NCBI GenBank assembly: GCA_002784625.1
Contig: PFLP01000027.1
Coordinates: 1 to 59,660, forward strand
Length of the DNA: 59,660 bases
Origin: Candidatus Pacebacteria bacterium CG_4_10_14_0_8_um_filter_42_14
GTDB taxonomy: Bacteria > Patescibacteriota > Microgenomatia > UBA1400 > PJMF01
Direction of reading: 5' to 3'
The notes beneath the pieces are model-generated. The model was given only the letters and a program-made list of their open reading frames with translations. It had not been told where the DNA came from and did no database searches. Positions 28,055 to 39,369 of this stretch are shown here, piece after piece. A program made the position numbers and the translations under genes. The number at the start of each line of letters is the position of its first letter. The stretch's first letter is position 1.

Positions 28055-28462
28055 ATGCCAACAATAAATCAACTTATTAGAAAAGGTGGCCGCAAGCGAA
28101 AAGTGCAGCGCATTAAAGCAACCGCTCTTCGACGCAGTTTTAATTCTAATAGTGGTTCTCCGACTAAGACAAACAATCCACAGAAGCGTGGTGTTTGCAC
28201 TATAGTCAAGACGATGACTCCTAAGAAGCCTAACTCGGCTTTGAGAAAAGTCGCTCGTGTTCGTTTGTCCAACAAAATGGAGGTTACGGCCTACATTATG
28301 GGAGAAGGTCATTCTCTGGCAGAGCACAGTATCGTTCTAGTTAGAGGTGGTAGAGTTAAAGATCTTCCTGGAGTTAAGTATCATATTGTTCGTGGAGTCT
28401 ATGACACTACGGGCGTAGACGGTCGCAAGACTAGTCGAAGTAAATATGGAGTAAAGAGTTAA
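28055..28462 (+). CDS. rpsL: 30S ribosomal protein uS12
   Basis: [30 protein letters not shown]. Confidence 0.99.
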   Translation: MPTINQLIRKGGRKRKVQRIKATALRRSFNSNSGSPTKTNNPQKRGVCTIVKTMTPKKPNSALRKVARVRLSNKMEVTAYIMGEGHSLAEHSIVLVRGGRVKDLPGVKYHIVRGVYDTTGVDGRKTSRSKYGVKS

Positions 28463-28474
28463 TCTTTCAATATT

Positions 28475-28951
28475 ATGAGATCAAAAAGAGCACAAATCCG
28501 CACAGTTGAACCAGATAAGAAATACGATTCTGTCGTTGTAGCCAGACTTGTAAATTACACCATGAGAGATGGCAAAAGAAGTGTCGCTCAGAAGCAGGTT
28601 TATCAAGCACTAGAAGCGGCTTCAAAAGAAGCGAAACTCAAACCAGTCGATTTAGTGGAAGCTGTCATCGAGTCGATTTCTCCTCAAATGGAAGTCAGAT
28701 CTCGTCGTGTTGGTGGTGCAGCCTATCAGGTGCCTATGCCAGTAAGACCTCGCCGAGCCACAGCCCTTTCTCTTCGTTGGTTGGTTCTCGAAGCGAACAA
28801 GCGTCCAAACAAGCAATATCACACATTTGCTGAGAAACTTGCAGCTGAGATGCTTGATGCTCTTAATAATGAAGGTGGATCTGTGGCTCGTAAGTACTCA
28901 GCTCATCGAATGGCAGACGCAAATAAAGCATTCGCCCACTTTAGATGGTAA
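28475..28951 (+). CDS. rpsG: 30S ribosomal protein uS7
   Basis: [28 protein letters not shown]. Confidence 0.99.
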   Translation: MRSKRAQIRTVEPDKKYDSVVVARLVNYTMRDGKRSVAQKQVYQALEAASKEAKLKPVDLVEAVIESISPQMEVRSRRVGGAAYQVPMPVRPRRATALSLRWLVLEANKRPNKQYHTFAEKLAAEMLDALNNEGGSVARKYSAHRMADANKAFAHFRW

Positions 28952-28958
28952 ACTCACA

Positions 28959-31082
28959 ATGTCTGTTCAACAAAAGTCTATTAACGTTCCCTTAGCTCGC
29001 ATTCGAAATATTGGTATTATTGCTCACATTGATGCGGGCAAAACCACGACTACAGAGCGAATTCTTTACTTCACTGGAAAAACATACAAAATTGGTGAAG
29101 TCCACGAAGGTGCCGCTACTATGGACTGGATGGAGCAAGAGCAAGAGCGTGGAATAACCATTGTTTCTGCTGCAACCACAACTTATTGGACTCCATACTT
29201 CGATACTAATTTAGAAAAAGCTCCATATCGCTTCAACATCATTGACACACCGGGGCACGTTGACTTCACAGCTGAAGTTGAGCGTAGTCTTCGCGTCCTT
29301 GATGGAGGCGTAACCGTTCTTGATGCTAGTGAGGGCGTGCAGTCACAGTCAGAAACTGTCTGGCGACAGGCTGACAAGTACAACGTCCCTCGTATTTGTT
29401 TTGTTAACAAAATGGATAAATTGGGTGCGGACTTTGATGCAACCGTTGAGGATATCAGAGTCAAGTTTGGTGTTAAGCCAGCTCCAATGGTTTTGCCAAT
29501 GGGTGCAGAAGGCGAATTTAGAGGTGTTATCCAACTAATTGATAGAAATGCATTGTTTTGGAAAGATAGCGAAGCTGATACAGAGCCAGAGATTAAAGAA
29601 ATTCCAGAAGAGTTCAAAGAAAAAGCCGAGGCCAGTAGAGCAGCCCTAGTTGAACTTATTGCAGAAACAGATGACGCTTTGCTTGAAAAATTCTTCTCTG
29701 AAGGCGATATTTCTATAAATGAGCTTAAAGCAGCCCTAAGAAAAGCCGTAATTGAGTACAAGTTAGTTCCTGTTTATGCCGGATCTTCACTTAAAAACAC
29801 TGGTGTTCAACCTCTTCTAGACGCTGTCGTTGAGTACTTGCCATCACCAATAGATATCGATCACATAGTTGGTCTCCAACCAAAAACAGATGTTGAGTTG
29901 ACGAGAAAACTCATCCCCGAAGAGAAGTTGACAATCCTAGCTTTCAAGATTCAGACTGACCCTCATGTGGGTAGATTGACTTACTGTCGTATTTATTCTG
30001 GTGTTTTGAAGTCTGGCACTTACATTTACAATTCTACTAGAGGTAAAAAGGAGCGTGTTGGTCGTTTGCTTCTTATGCACGCTAACGAGCGCGAAGAGAT
30101 TCCTGAAGCGAAGGCGGGGGAAATCGTCGCAATCGTCGGACTTAAAGACACTAAGACTGGAGATACACTTTGCGATGAAGACAGCCAAATTATTTTGGAA
30201 GGAATCACTTTTTCTGATCCAGTCATTTCTTTAGCAATTGAACCAAAAACTAAGGCCGATCAACAAAAAATGGGTATGGCTTTGGCAAAACTAGGTGAAG
30301 AAGATCCAACTTTCAAAATTAGCTCTGATGCTGATACAGGTCAGACCATCATCGGTGGTATGGGCGAGCTTCATCTTGAGGTCATCGTTGATCGTATGAA
30401 GCGAGAATTTAATGTTAGTGCTAATGTTGGTAAACCACAAGTTGCTTACAAAGAAGCCATTACTAAAGAATCTCAAGGAGAAGGTAAGTACATTAAGCAA
30501 AGTGGTGGCCGAGGTCAATATGGTCACGTTTTATTGAAAATTGAGCCACAAGAGCGCGGCGTGGGCTACGAATTTGTAAATAAAATTACTGGTGGGACTG
30601 TTCCAAAAGAATACATTGAACCAACTAACAAAGGTATTAAAGAATCACTAGAAAGAGGTTTCTTAGCTGGATTCCAAATGGTTGACGTCAAGGTAACTCT
30701 TTATGATGGTTCGTATCACGATGTCGACTCAAGTGAATTATCATTTAAAATGGCTGGATCTCTTGGAATGCGAGAAGCAGTAAAGGGAGCAGGAATGGTT
30801 CTTCTAGAGCCGATCATGAAACTAGAAGTTTCTACTCCGGAAGAATTTATGGGCGATGTTATTGGAGATTTAGGTTCACGAAGAGCCCAAATTCAAGGCA
30901 CTACTAGTCGAGGTGCTTCGACCATTATCACTGCACTCGCCCCATTGGCAGAGATGCAGGGCTATGTTACAATCCTCAGGAGTATGACCCAGGGGCGAGC
31001 ATCAAGTGTAATGCTCCCGAGTCACTACGATATCGTTCCACAGGGAATAACTGAAAAAATTATTGCTGAGCGCAAAAATTAA
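28959..31082 (+). CDS. fusA: Elongation factor G
   Basis: [37 protein letters not shown]; start ATG 28959. Confidence 0.99.
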   Translation: MSVQQKSINVPLARIRNIGIIAHIDAGKTTTTERILYFTGKTYKIGEVHEGAATMDWMEQEQERGITIVSAATTTYWTPYFDTNLEKAPYRFNIIDTPGHVDFTAEVERSLRVLDGGVTVLDASEGVQSQSETVWRQADKYNVPRICFVNKMDKLGADFDATVEDIRVKFGVKPAPMVLPMGAEGEFRGVIQLIDRNALFWKDSEADTEPEIKEIPEEFKEKAEASRAALVELIAETDDALLEKFFSEGDISINELKAALRKAVIEYKLVPVYAGSSLKNTGVQPLLDAVVEYLPSPIDIDHIVGLQPKTDVELTRKLIPEEKLTILAFKIQTDPHVGRLTYCRIYSGVLKSGTYIYNSTRGKKERVGRLLLMHANEREEIPEAKAGEIVAIVGLKDTKTGDTLCDEDSQIILEGITFSDPVISLAIEPKTKADQQKMGMALAKLGEEDPTFKISSDADTGQTIIGGMGELHLEVIVDRMKREFNVSANVGKPQVAYKEAITKESQGEGKYIKQSGGRGQYGHVLLKIEPQERGVGYEFVNKITGGTVPKEYIEPTNKGIKESLERGFLAGFQMVDVKVTLYDGSYHDVDSSELSFKMAGSLGMREAVKGAGMVLLEPIMKLEVSTPEEFMGDVIGDLGSRRAQIQGTTSRGASTIITALAPLAEMQGYVTILRSMTQGRASSVMLPSHYDIVPQGITEKIIAERKN

Positions 31083-31142
31083 TTTCAGACACCGTGACGT
31101 AAATATGTACTAACTTGGATAAAAAACACATAGGAGGTTTTT

Positions 31143-32339
31143 ATGGCAGACGCAAAAAAATATGTTCGCAATAAGCAACATGTAAACATCGGGACCATTG
31201 GTCACGTTGATCATGGTAAGACAACCCTTTCGGCCGCTATTACCACTACTTTAGCAAAGAAATATCCTTCTGATCTTAACGTTGCTATGGGTTATGGTGA
31301 TATTGACAATGCTCCAGAAGAGGCAGCTCGCGGTGTTACGATCAACATCTCACACATCGAGTACGAAACAGCAAAACGACACTATGCTCACATTGATGCT
31401 CCAGGTCACGCTGACTACATCAAAAACATGATCACTGGTGCCGCTCAGATGGATGGTGCCATTTTAGTTGTGGCTGCAACTGATGGTCCTATGCCACAAA
31501 CTCGAGAGCATATTCTTCTTGCCAAGCAGGTTAACGTTCCAAAAATCGTTGTCGCACTCAATAAATGCGACATGGTTGACGACGAAGAGCTTCTTGACTT
31601 AGTTGAAATGGAAGTTCGAGAGCTTTTGACCAAATATGGTTTTGATGGTGACGAAACTCCAATCATTCGCTTAAGTGCTTTAAAGGCTCTTGAGGGTGAT
31701 GATGCTGAGCAAGAAAAAGTCATGGAGCTTATGAACACAGTTGATTCATACATTCCTGACCCAGTTCGAGATCTCGATAAACCATTCTCGATGCCAATTG
31801 AAGATGTCTTTTCAATCAAAGGTCGTGGCACTGTCGTGACCGGAAGAATTGAGACAGGTGTTGTTAATGTTGGTGACGAAATTGAAATCGTCGGAATCAG
31901 AGACGCTAAAAAGACCACCGTTACTGGTGTCGAAATGTTTAGAAAAATGCTTGATCGAGGTGAGGCTGGCGACAACGTCGGTATTCTCCTAAGAGGCGTC
32001 GGTAAAGATGACGTCGAAAGAGGACAAGTTCTGGCAAAGCCAGGTACCGCTACTCCTCATACAGAGTTTGAGGCAGAGGTTTACATCTTAACCAAAGAAG
32101 AAGGCGGACGTCACAAACCATTCTTCACAGGTTATCGTCCACAGTTCTACATCAGAACAACTGATGTAACTGGTGAAATTTCTTTGCCAAAGGATGTGGA
32201 AATGGTTATTCCTGGAGATAATGCTAAGATGACGGCCAAGTTGATTGTGCCCGTCGCTCTGCACGAAGGTCTTCGTTTCGCAATTCGCGAAGGTGGACAC
32301 ACCATTGGTGCAGGGGCAATCACCAAGATTTTGAAATAG
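31143..32339 (+). CDS. tuf: Elongation factor Tu
   Basis: [28 protein letters not shown]; strong SD AGGAGGT. Confidence 0.99.
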   Translation: MADAKKYVRNKQHVNIGTIGHVDHGKTTLSAAITTTLAKKYPSDLNVAMGYGDIDNAPEEAARGVTINISHIEYETAKRHYAHIDAPGHADYIKNMITGAAQMDGAILVVAATDGPMPQTREHILLAKQVNVPKIVVALNKCDMVDDEELLDLVEMEVRELLTKYGFDGDETPIIRLSALKALEGDDAEQEKVMELMNTVDSYIPDPVRDLDKPFSMPIEDVFSIKGRGTVVTGRIETGVVNVGDEIEIVGIRDAKKTTVTGVEMFRKMLDRGEAGDNVGILLRGVGKDDVERGQVLAKPGTATPHTEFEAEVYILTKEEGGRHKPFFTGYRPQFYIRTTDVTGEISLPKDVEMVIPGDNAKMTAKLIVPVALHEGLRFAIREGGHTIGAGAITKILK

Positions 32340-32352
32340 AAAATAAACTTGT

Positions 32353-32386
32353 CAGGCGCTCGAATAAAATCGGGCGCCTGCTTGTT
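32353..32386 (+). terminator. GC-rich hairpin after tuf (terminator-like, weak U tail)
   Basis: CAGGCGCTCGA-ATAAAA-TCGGGCGCCTG followed by CTTGTT. Confidence 0.6.
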
Positions 32387-32418
32387 AGCGTAGGTCTTCA
32401 AAATCTCGAGTAGTGCAC

Positions 32419-32447
32419 TTTACTTCTCGAGATTTTATATGTATAAT
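32419..32447 (+). promoter_or_regulatory. S10 operon promoter
   Basis: TTTACT(32419-24)-17 nt-TATAAT(32442-47). Confidence 0.65.
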
Positions 32448-32477
32448 CGCACCCTACGTTTAGTCGAGTAGTCAAAG

Positions 32478-32810
32478 ATGGTAAAACAACAAACAGATAA
32501 AACACAAGCTTACAAAATTCGCGTCAGACTCAAATCTTACGACTACAGGGTTATTGACGAAGCAAGTAAAAAGATCCTTGAAACAACGCTTTCTACGGGA
32601 GCACAGGTAATTGGCCCAGTGCCTTTGCCAACTCATCACAAGTCATTTACTGTTCTTACCTCACCTCACTCCGATAAGAATGCACAAGAACACTACGAAA
32701 TTCGCACACACAAGCGAATGCTAGATATCATGAATCCAACCAGTAAAACTATCGATTCCCTCATGCACTTAGAACTGCCTGCGGGAGTGTCGATTCAGAT
32801 AAAGATGTAA
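32478..32810 (+). CDS. rpsJ: 30S ribosomal protein uS10
   Basis: [32 protein letters not shown]. Confidence 0.99.
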   Translation: MVKQQTDKTQAYKIRVRLKSYDYRVIDEASKKILETTLSTGAQVIGPVPLPTHHKSFTVLTSPHSDKNAQEHYEIRTHKRMLDIMNPTSKTIDSLMHLELPAGVSIQIKM

Positions 32811-32856
32811 GGAGAAGCTTTGTTGCCCGAAGCCAATCGACAGAAAAAATTGAAGT

Positions 32857-33609
32857 ATGATCAACGATATATTTGTGACCAAAATTGGCATGACACAAGC
32901 CTGGACAACGGAAGGTAAGCGTATTGCCGTGACCCGATGTCTTGTACAGCCAAATATGGTTATCGCTACTCGACAGCTTTCGGAGAATAACTCTGCCTAC
33001 ACCTTAGAAATTGGTTACGGAAAAAAATTACTCAGAACAACAAAAAAACCACTCAGAGCCCAGTTAGCAAAGAGTGGTTTTTCAGTAGGTGTCAAAACCA
33101 TTCATGGCATAAAGGTTGACGCTTCAGAATCAGACAACATTCCCGCAGCTGGAACAACTTTAGTCGTAACTGATATTCTTTCATTAGGTGACGTTGTAAA
33201 CGTCAGAGGCACTACCAAGGGTCGCGGTTTTGCTGGCGGTATGAAGCGCTATGGCTACAAGGGTGGTCCAAAGACTCATGGACAATCAGATCGCTCAAGA
33301 GCCATTGGTTCAATTGGAGCTGGTACTAGCCCAGGAAGAGTGCTCAAGGGCAAAGGAATGCCAGGACACATGGGGGATGTTGCCGTAACAATCAAAGGCT
33401 TAACTGTCGTTCACATTGATCCTAAGACCCAAGAAGTCTGGCTTAGTGGCCCAGTCCCTGGTTCAATTACTTCTGATTTATTAATTCACAGACTTGGTAA
33501 AACCAAATCAGTTAATCTCAACTATGACGCTTCTGGAATCAAACAACCCACCGAAGAAGTTAAAGAAGAGGAAGCTAAAGAAGAAGTTTCTGAAGAAACG
33601 AAAGAGTAA
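32857..33609 (+). CDS. rplC: 50S ribosomal protein uL3
   Basis: KIGMTQ, TKGRGFAGGMKR, GRVLKGKGMPGHMG; acidic C-terminal tail. Confidence 0.98.
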   Translation: MINDIFVTKIGMTQAWTTEGKRIAVTRCLVQPNMVIATRQLSENNSAYTLEIGYGKKLLRTTKKPLRAQLAKSGFSVGVKTIHGIKVDASESDNIPAAGTTLVVTDILSLGDVVNVRGTTKGRGFAGGMKRYGYKGGPKTHGQSDRSRAIGSIGAGTSPGRVLKGKGMPGHMGDVAVTIKGLTVVHIDPKTQEVWLSGPVPGSITSDLLIHRLGKTKSVNLNYDASGIKQPTEEVKEEEAKEEVSEETKE

Positions 33610-34406
33610 TGAACATTCAAAAAGTAACAGCCACTGGCACTAAATCAAACATCGTTGTAGACGCAGCAGTGTTTGGTGTTTCAGCAAATAAACAACTGCT
33701 TTCTCAAGCAGTTCACATCGCTCGTTCTAACCAACGTCAGGGTACCAGCCGAGTGAAAACTAGAGCCCAAGTTTCTTTAACTAAGAAAAAAGTCTACAAA
33801 CAAAAAGGTACAGGTAATGCTCGTCATGGTGCCAAATCTGCTCCAATTTTTGTTGGTGGAGGTGTCGCTCATGGACCAACTGGATTAGCCAATTGGACTA
33901 GATCACTTCCTCCAGCTTTGAAGAGAGCTTCATTGGCTCAAGCTTTAACTTTACAGATAAAAGATACCTATGTGGTTGATGCTCTCGCAGACTTAAATGG
34001 TAAGACAAAACAAGCAGCCGCGATTATCGCTGCAGTTGTACCAAAAGCAAAGCGAATCCTCGTTGTTCTCACAAAGCCAACAGCAGAAGCACTCAGAGCC
34101 TTAAAGAATTTGCCAAGAGTGACTGTCATCAGGGCATCGCAGCTTTCAGTTCTCCCAGCAGCTCAAGCATCAGTAATTTTGTTTACTTCAGACTCATTGG
34201 CTACAGTTACTGATCGCATCAAGAATCTTTCAGTCACACCAAAGGTAGTCGCAGAAAAACCAGCTGTTTCAACAACAAAGAAACAAGCAGTTAAGAAAGC
34301 TCCAAAAGTTGCTCCAAAAAAAGCAGCTGCAAAGAAAGCAGTTGCTCCTAAGAAACCAACGACCACCAAATCTAAGACAACCAAAAAGGTAGCCAAGAAA
34401 GCATAA
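33609..34406 (+). CDS. rplD: 50S ribosomal protein uL4 with K/A/P-rich tail
   Basis: RQGT..KTRAQV, KQKGTGNARHG, GGGVAHGP. Confidence 0.98.
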   Translation: MNIQKVTATGTKSNIVVDAAVFGVSANKQLLSQAVHIARSNQRQGTSRVKTRAQVSLTKKKVYKQKGTGNARHGAKSAPIFVGGGVAHGPTGLANWTRSLPPALKRASLAQALTLQIKDTYVVDALADLNGKTKQAAAIIAAVVPKAKRILVVLTKPTAEALRALKNLPRVTVIRASQLSVLPAAQASVILFTSDSLATVTDRIKNLSVTPKVVAEKPAVSTTKKQAVKKAPKVAPKKAAAKKAVAPKKPTTTKSKTTKKVAKKA

Positions 34407-34705
34407 TGCAGTCACGAATTGTTAAAAAACCAGTCATCACAGAGAAGTCATACTCTCGGGCAAAGACTCACAACGTCTATACTTTTGAGGTAGAGCCTTC
34501 TGCTGGAAAAGATCAAATTAAAGATGCAATTGCTAAACTATTTTCAGTTACGGTGGTCGATGTTCGAACTCTTTGTTATCAATCACGAACCAAGCGAGCT
34601 GGACGTCGTCGCTTGCCTAGCTCGACTGCAAAAACCAAACGAGCCTTTGTAACACTTAAGTCGGGCGAAACCATTGATCTTTTTGACTTAGGAGCACAAG
34701 AATAA
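34406..34705 (+). CDS. rplW: 50S ribosomal protein uL23
   Basis: KPVITEKS, YTFEV, KRAFVTL; operon position. Confidence 0.97.
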   Translation: MQSRIVKKPVITEKSYSRAKTHNVYTFEVEPSAGKDQIKDAIAKLFSVTVVDVRTLCYQSRTKRAGRRRLPSSTAKTKRAFVTLKSGETIDLFDLGAQE

Positions 34706-34712
34706 ATAAATC

Positions 34713-35546
34713 ATGTTAATAAAAATTAAAGCCACAAGTGCCGGTAGACGCAATCAATTAGTAATTGATCGCTCTGATTTGCATAAGGGCAAGCCAGAAA
34801 AATCATTACTTGCATCAGGTCACAAGAAAAGACAGGGCCGTGGCTTTAAGGGTCACATTACTGTTCGTCATCGTGGCGGTGGTGTCAAGAAAAAAATGCG
34901 CATCATTGATTGGAAGCGAGAACGTCGAGACATTCCAGGAATTGTTCAACACATCGAATATGATCCAATGCGTAGTTCCCATCTTGCTTTAGTTTATTAC
35001 CCAGATGGTGGCAAAGCATATATTATTGCTCCAGACGAACTTAAAGAAGGAGATACTGTTAATGCTGGCGCAAAGGTTGAAATTCGACCGGGTAATGCCT
35101 TACCACTCGAAAACATTCCAGTAGGTATCCCAATTCACAATTTAGAGTTAACTCCTGGAAAAGGTGCGCAGATGGCTCGAGGAGCCGGAGTTGCAGCTTT
35201 AATCCAATCCAAAGACGGTGACTATGTTACCGTTCAGCTTCCTTCAAAGGAGCTCCGTTTGCTAAAGAAGGAGTGTTTCGCTACAATCGGCCAGGTTGGG
35301 AACCAGTTTTGGAAGAATAGAAAAATTGGTAAAGCAGGCAGAAAACGATTGTTGGGAATAAGACCAACGGTTCGTGGAACAGCCCAGCACCCAGATAGTC
35401 ACCCACATGGTGGAGGTGAAGGTAGATCTGGAATTGGTATGAAATATCCAAAAACTCCATGGGGTAAGCATGCGCTTGGAACAAAAACACGCAACAAGCG
35501 TAAGCATAGTAATCGTTATATTGTTCGGGATAGACGAAGTAAGTAA
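34713..35546 (+). CDS. rplB: 50S ribosomal protein uL2
   Basis: [26 protein letters not shown]. Confidence 0.99.
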   Translation: MLIKIKATSAGRRNQLVIDRSDLHKGKPEKSLLASGHKKRQGRGFKGHITVRHRGGGVKKKMRIIDWKRERRDIPGIVQHIEYDPMRSSHLALVYYPDGGKAYIIAPDELKEGDTVNAGAKVEIRPGNALPLENIPVGIPIHNLELTPGKGAQMARGAGVAALIQSKDGDYVTVQLPSKELRLLKKECFATIGQVGNQFWKNRKIGKAGRKRLLGIRPTVRGTAQHPDSHPHGGGEGRSGIGMKYPKTPWGKHALGTKTRNKRKHSNRYIVRDRRSK

Positions 35547-35554
35547 AGAACATT

Positions 35555-35839
35555 ATGTCAAGATCAAGTAAAAAAGGACCATACGTTGACGAAAAGCTTT
35601 TGAAGAAAGTTCAGAAGCAGAAGCAGACAGGTGACAAAACCCCAATTAAAACATGGGCAAGAAACTCTGTCATTGTTCCTGATTTCGTTGGCCACACTTT
35701 TTCAGTCCATCAAGGAAAAACTTTTCCTGAGGTTTTCGTGAATGAGGCTATGGTTGGTCATAAACTAGGAGAATTTTCCCCGACAAGAACCTTCAGAGGT
35801 CACGGTCGAGTTGTAAAACGATTGCTAACAAAAACTTAA
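35555..35839 (+). CDS. rpsS: 30S ribosomal protein uS19
   Basis: [25 protein letters not shown]. Confidence 0.99.
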   Translation: MSRSSKKGPYVDEKLLKKVQKQKQTGDKTPIKTWARNSVIVPDFVGHTFSVHQGKTFPEVFVNEAMVGHKLGEFSPTRTFRGHGRVVKRLLTKT

Positions 35840-35840
35840 T

Positions 35841-36308
35841 ATGATAATTCGAGCATCACAACAAAATACCAGACAAACACCACGAAAAGTTCGTCTTGTC
35901 GCGAATACTGTCAAAGGTATGTCTATAGAATCAGCCTTAAGACAGCTCGCTGTTATTGAGCGCAGAGCCTCCATTCTCGTTCTTAAAGTTATTCGTCAGG
36001 CATTGGCAAACGCTGAGCACAATCATGGAATCACCGCTGACAAACTAACCCTCAAATCGATTATTGTTGAAAACGGTCCTCACATGAAGCGTTTCCGCGC
36101 TGTTAGTAGAGGTCGTGCACACACAATTTTGAAGAAAACTTGTCATGTTGTTGTTGAACTAGAATCCAAAGAAAAAGAAGCTGAAGTTGAAGAAGTAAAA
36201 GAACCAGTTAAAAAAGAGATTGCAAGCAAAGCCAAAACTACAAAAACCAAAAAAACAGCCAAAAAAATAGTAAAAAAGCAGCCAAAAACTGAGAAGGACG
36301 AGCAATAA
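35841..36308 (+). CDS. rplV: 50S ribosomal protein uL22 with charged tail
   Basis: TPRKVRLVA, ANAEHN, KRFRAVSRGRA. Confidence 0.98.
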   Translation: MIIRASQQNTRQTPRKVRLVANTVKGMSIESALRQLAVIERRASILVLKVIRQALANAEHNHGITADKLTLKSIIVENGPHMKRFRAVSRGRAHTILKKTCHVVVELESKEKEAEVEEVKEPVKKEIASKAKTTKTKKTAKKIVKKQPKTEKDEQ

Positions 36309-36348
36309 CTGAACAGGCGTAGTACAATATGCCTCTCGAGAAAGAGTT

Positions 36349-36999
36349 ATGGGACAAAAAGTAAATCCAATTGGCTTCCGACTAGGTAATACATTTACCT
36401 CTTCTTCTCGATGGTTTTCAGAAAAAGCTGATTACGCCAAAACTGTTCTTGAGGATCACAAGCTACGTCAGCATCTCGAGAAAAAACTTGAAAGTGCAGG
36501 TATTGTCGATATTATTATCGAAAGATCTTTAACTAAAATCAAAGTAACCATGGCTGTCTCACGCCCAGGCGTAGTCATTGGTAAGGGTGGAGCAAATCTC
36601 GAAGACACTAAAAAAGACATTGAGCGAATTCTTAATGTTTCAAAGAGCAGAAAAGATAAGGTTAAAGTTGATCTTCGCATTGAAGAAATCGTTAAACCTG
36701 ATTTGAGTGCTAAATTAGTTGTCGAGCGTATTAGTAATCAACTTATGAAACGCTATCCTCATAGACGCGCAGTAATGCAAGCTCTTGAAAGAGTCATGCA
36801 GGCTGGCGCTGAAGGTGTCAAGATTGTTTTGTCAGGTAGAATTGGTGGAGCTGAGATTGCTCGCACCCAGAAAGTTTCTAAAGGTAGCGTACCTACTCAA
36901 ACATTAAGAGCAAACATCGACTACTACGAGAAGGGTGCTCGCACCCGATCAGGATATGTTGGAATCAAGGTGTGGATTAACAAGGGAGAGGCTAGATAA
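36349..36999 (+). CDS. rpsC: 30S ribosomal protein uS3
   Basis: MGQKVNPIGFRLG, RPGVVIGKGG, SGRIGGAEIAR. Confidence 0.99.
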   Translation: MGQKVNPIGFRLGNTFTSSSRWFSEKADYAKTVLEDHKLRQHLEKKLESAGIVDIIIERSLTKIKVTMAVSRPGVVIGKGGANLEDTKKDIERILNVSKSRKDKVKVDLRIEEIVKPDLSAKLVVERISNQLMKRYPHRRAVMQALERVMQAGAEGVKIVLSGRIGGAEIARTQKVSKGSVPTQTLRANIDYYEKGARTRSGYVGIKVWINKGEAR

Positions 37000-37404
37000 A
37001 TGTTAGCTCCACGTAAAGAAAAATTCCGAAAACAATTTAGAGGTAAACGACGCGGTAATGCCGCTCGTGGTATCACTATTGCATTTGGTGATTTCGGCTT
37101 ACAGGCAACAACTAGAGGTTGGGTGTCTGGCAGACAGATTGAGGCCGCCCGCAAGAAGATTACATTTATGACCAAGCGTGCTGGTAAATATTGGGTTAGA
37201 ATCTTCCCTTCTAAACCAATTACAAAAAAGCCAGTCGGAGTAAAAATGGGTTCAGGAAAAGGCGCAGTTGAAGAACATGTGGCCGTTGTCCGACCAGGAA
37301 TGATGTTATTTGAACTTAGCGGTGTAACAGAGGAAGTGGCTCGAGAGGCTTTCCGAAAGGCTGGACATAAGCTATCGGTGCATACGGCATTTATTGAGAA
37401 ATAA
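37000..37404 (+). CDS. rplP: 50S ribosomal protein uL16
   Basis: FRKQFRG, RQIEAAR, KMGSGKG. Confidence 0.99.
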   Translation: MLAPRKEKFRKQFRGKRRGNAARGITIAFGDFGLQATTRGWVSGRQIEAARKKITFMTKRAGKYWVRIFPSKPITKKPVGVKMGSGKGAVEEHVAVVRPGMMLFELSGVTEEVAREAFRKAGHKLSVHTAFIEK

Positions 37405-37406
37405 AA

Positions 37407-37613
37407 ATGAAAAAAGACGATAAACAAAAACTACAAGCACTTGAAGTTGGTGAACTTACCACTAAGCTGGAAGAGCTTCGTCAGGAGAATAACAAAACAT
37501 ATCTAGAACACAGAGCTGGCAAACTAAATAATCCTGCTAAATTAGCAATGCTTAGGAAAATGATTGCCCGCACAGCAACAGTACTCGGTGAAAAGATGAG
37601 ATTGGTTAAATAA
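37407..37613 (+). CDS. rpmC: 50S ribosomal protein uL29
   Basis: GKLNNPAKLAMLRKMIARTATV; operon position. Confidence 0.95.
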   Translation: MKKDDKQKLQALEVGELTTKLEELRQENNKTYLEHRAGKLNNPAKLAMLRKMIARTATVLGEKMRLVK

Positions 37614-37858
37614 TGAAAGACGTTAGAGGAACAGTTACTGGCTTAAATTCGCTCAAAACAGCGCGAGTAAGTGTGGTGCGACAATGGCAGCACCCTCTTT
37701 ATGGTAAATCAGTTACCAGATCTAAGACTTATGCTTGCCAAGTTGAAGATGACATGAAATTAGAACTAGGTGATGAAGTAGTTATTAGAGCTTGCAGCCC
37801 AGTTAGCAAGACAAAGCGCTTCAAAGTGATGAGTAAAGTAGAAGAGAAGAAGATATGA
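37613..37858 (+). CDS. rpsQ: 30S ribosomal protein uS17
   Basis: [20 protein letters not shown]. Confidence 0.97.
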   Translation: MKDVRGTVTGLNSLKTARVSVVRQWQHPLYGKSVTRSKTYACQVEDDMKLELGDEVVIRACSPVSKTKRFKVMSKVEEKKI

Positions 37859-38229
37859 TACAACTACGCTCAGTCCTTAACATCTGCGACAATAGTGGAG
37901 CCAGAAAAGTTCGCGTTATTCAAGTTCATGGTGGCTCAAAACGCCGCTTCGGACATGTCGGCGATATTGTGGCAGCATCAGTAATTTTTGCTGATCCACG
38001 GTCACAGATAAAACGTGGTGAAAAAGTCAAAGCTGTTATTGTAAGAACTCGCAAAGAATTCAGACGAGACAATGGCACTTATGTCAGATTCGATGACAAC
38101 GCGGCCGTGATTATTGAGTCCAGAAAAAATAACGTTCCCATTGGCACACGTGTTTTTGGCCCAATTGCTAGAGAAGTTAAAAACAGAGGTTTTAGCAAAA
38201 TTGCTAGTCTCGCTCCGGAGGTACTCTAA
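37855..38229 (+). CDS. rplN: 50S ribosomal protein uL14
   Basis: [33 protein letters not shown]. Confidence 0.99.
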   Translation: MIQLRSVLNICDNSGARKVRVIQVHGGSKRRFGHVGDIVAASVIFADPRSQIKRGEKVKAVIVRTRKEFRRDNGTYVRFDDNAAVIIESRKNNVPIGTRVFGPIAREVKNRGFSKIASLAPEVL

Positions 38230-38564
38230 TGAAGTTCAAAGTTGGTGATAACATTCGAGTAACTGCAGGTAAGGATAAGGGCAAAGTAGGTTCTATTGCT
38301 TCGGTTATTCCTTCTAAAAACAAAGTTGTGATCGCTGGTGTTAATGTTTATGCCAAGCATAAAAAACCTCAGCAAGGTCAAGCAGGAGAGATAGTTCGCA
38401 GAGAACGTCCGTTGCCAGTAAGCAATATTGCGATTCTTAATGAAAAAGGCGAATTAGATAGAATAGGTTACGAGCTTACAAAAGATGGCCAAAAAACCAG
38501 AATCTTTAAGAAATCTGGCGGTGTTGTGCCTGAACCAAAAATTGAAAAGAAAAAAAGTAAGTAA
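38229..38564 (+). CDS. rplX: 50S ribosomal protein uL24
   Basis: KVGDNIRVTAGKDKGK KOW motif, PVSNIA. Confidence 0.98.
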   Translation: MKFKVGDNIRVTAGKDKGKVGSIASVIPSKNKVVIAGVNVYAKHKKPQQGQAGEIVRRERPLPVSNIAILNEKGELDRIGYELTKDGQKTRIFKKSGGVVPEPKIEKKKSK

Positions 38565-38567
38565 GAT

Positions 38568-39131
38568 ATGATTAAGTTACAACAACACTTCTACGACATA
38601 GTGCTTCCACAGTTGCAAAAAGACTTAGGTATTTCAAGTACTTTCGCCTTACCAAGATTGAAAAAAATAGTCGTCAATATGGGGGTCAGTGATCCTCAGG
38701 AGCCCAGAGCTCGCAAAGCGGCGCTCGAAAATGTCAGTGAACAGTTTGCAAGTATTACTGGCCAGAAGCCGATCATAACCCTCGCTCGCAAATCAATTGC
38801 TAACTTTAAACTTCGTCAGGGTGACCCAATGGGCGTTACCGTGACTTTAAGAGGTAAACGTATGTGGCAGTTCTTAGAAAAGCTTCTAAGTATTGCCTTA
38901 CCAAGAGTTAAAGATTTTCAAGGTGTGCCAAGAACTGCCTTCGATGGCAATGGCAACTACAGTTTGGGCGTTCACGAACAGATAATTTTTCCAGAGGTAA
39001 ATTATGACACCATCGAGCGAATTCGTAGTTTCCAAGTAGTATTCGTTACTTCGGCAGAGAACAACGACACAGCATTCAAACTGCTTGAAGCATTAGGTAT
39101 GCCATTTATGAAAGAAACCACCAAGGAATAA
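38568..39131 (+). CDS. rplE: 50S ribosomal protein uL5
   Basis: KIVVNMGV, ITGQKP, FKLRQG, LPRVKDFQG, EQIIFPE. Confidence 0.99.
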   Translation: MIKLQQHFYDIVLPQLQKDLGISSTFALPRLKKIVVNMGVSDPQEPRARKAALENVSEQFASITGQKPIITLARKSIANFKLRQGDPMGVTVTLRGKRMWQFLEKLLSIALPRVKDFQGVPRTAFDGNGNYSLGVHEQIIFPEVNYDTIERIRSFQVVFVTSAENNDTAFKLLEALGMPFMKETTKE

Positions 39132-39134
39132 AAA

Positions 39135-39365
39135 ATGGCAAAAAAATCTAAAATAGCAAAATCAAACAAAATTCTCGCCAAGCGCAAGGCATTAATAATG
39201 TCAGGAGTGACGAAACCAAACAGAGTCTCGACTCGAGGGGTGAATCGATGTAAAATAACCGGCCGACCAAGAGGTTACATGAGATACTTTGGAGTCAGCA
39301 GATTGACATTTCGTGAATTATTTAATCAAGGAAAGTTGCCTGGTGTTGTAAAGGCAAGTAAGTAG
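39135..39365 (+). CDS. rpsN: 30S ribosomal protein uS14, Zn-independent type
   Basis: [39 protein letters not shown]; only one Cys. Confidence 0.97.
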   Translation: MAKKSKIAKSNKILAKRKALIMSGVTKPNRVSTRGVNRCKITGRPRGYMRYFGVSRLTFRELFNQGKLPGVVKASK

Positions 39366-39369
39366 AAAT

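Noticed and set aside
28019..28327. Antisense and alternate-frame ORFs in the track (e.g. 28019-28327, 29183-29761, 31445-31975, 36924-37427, 22189-22707)
   Set aside because: They overlap highly conserved genes, have no recognisable motifs and are typical shadow ORFs
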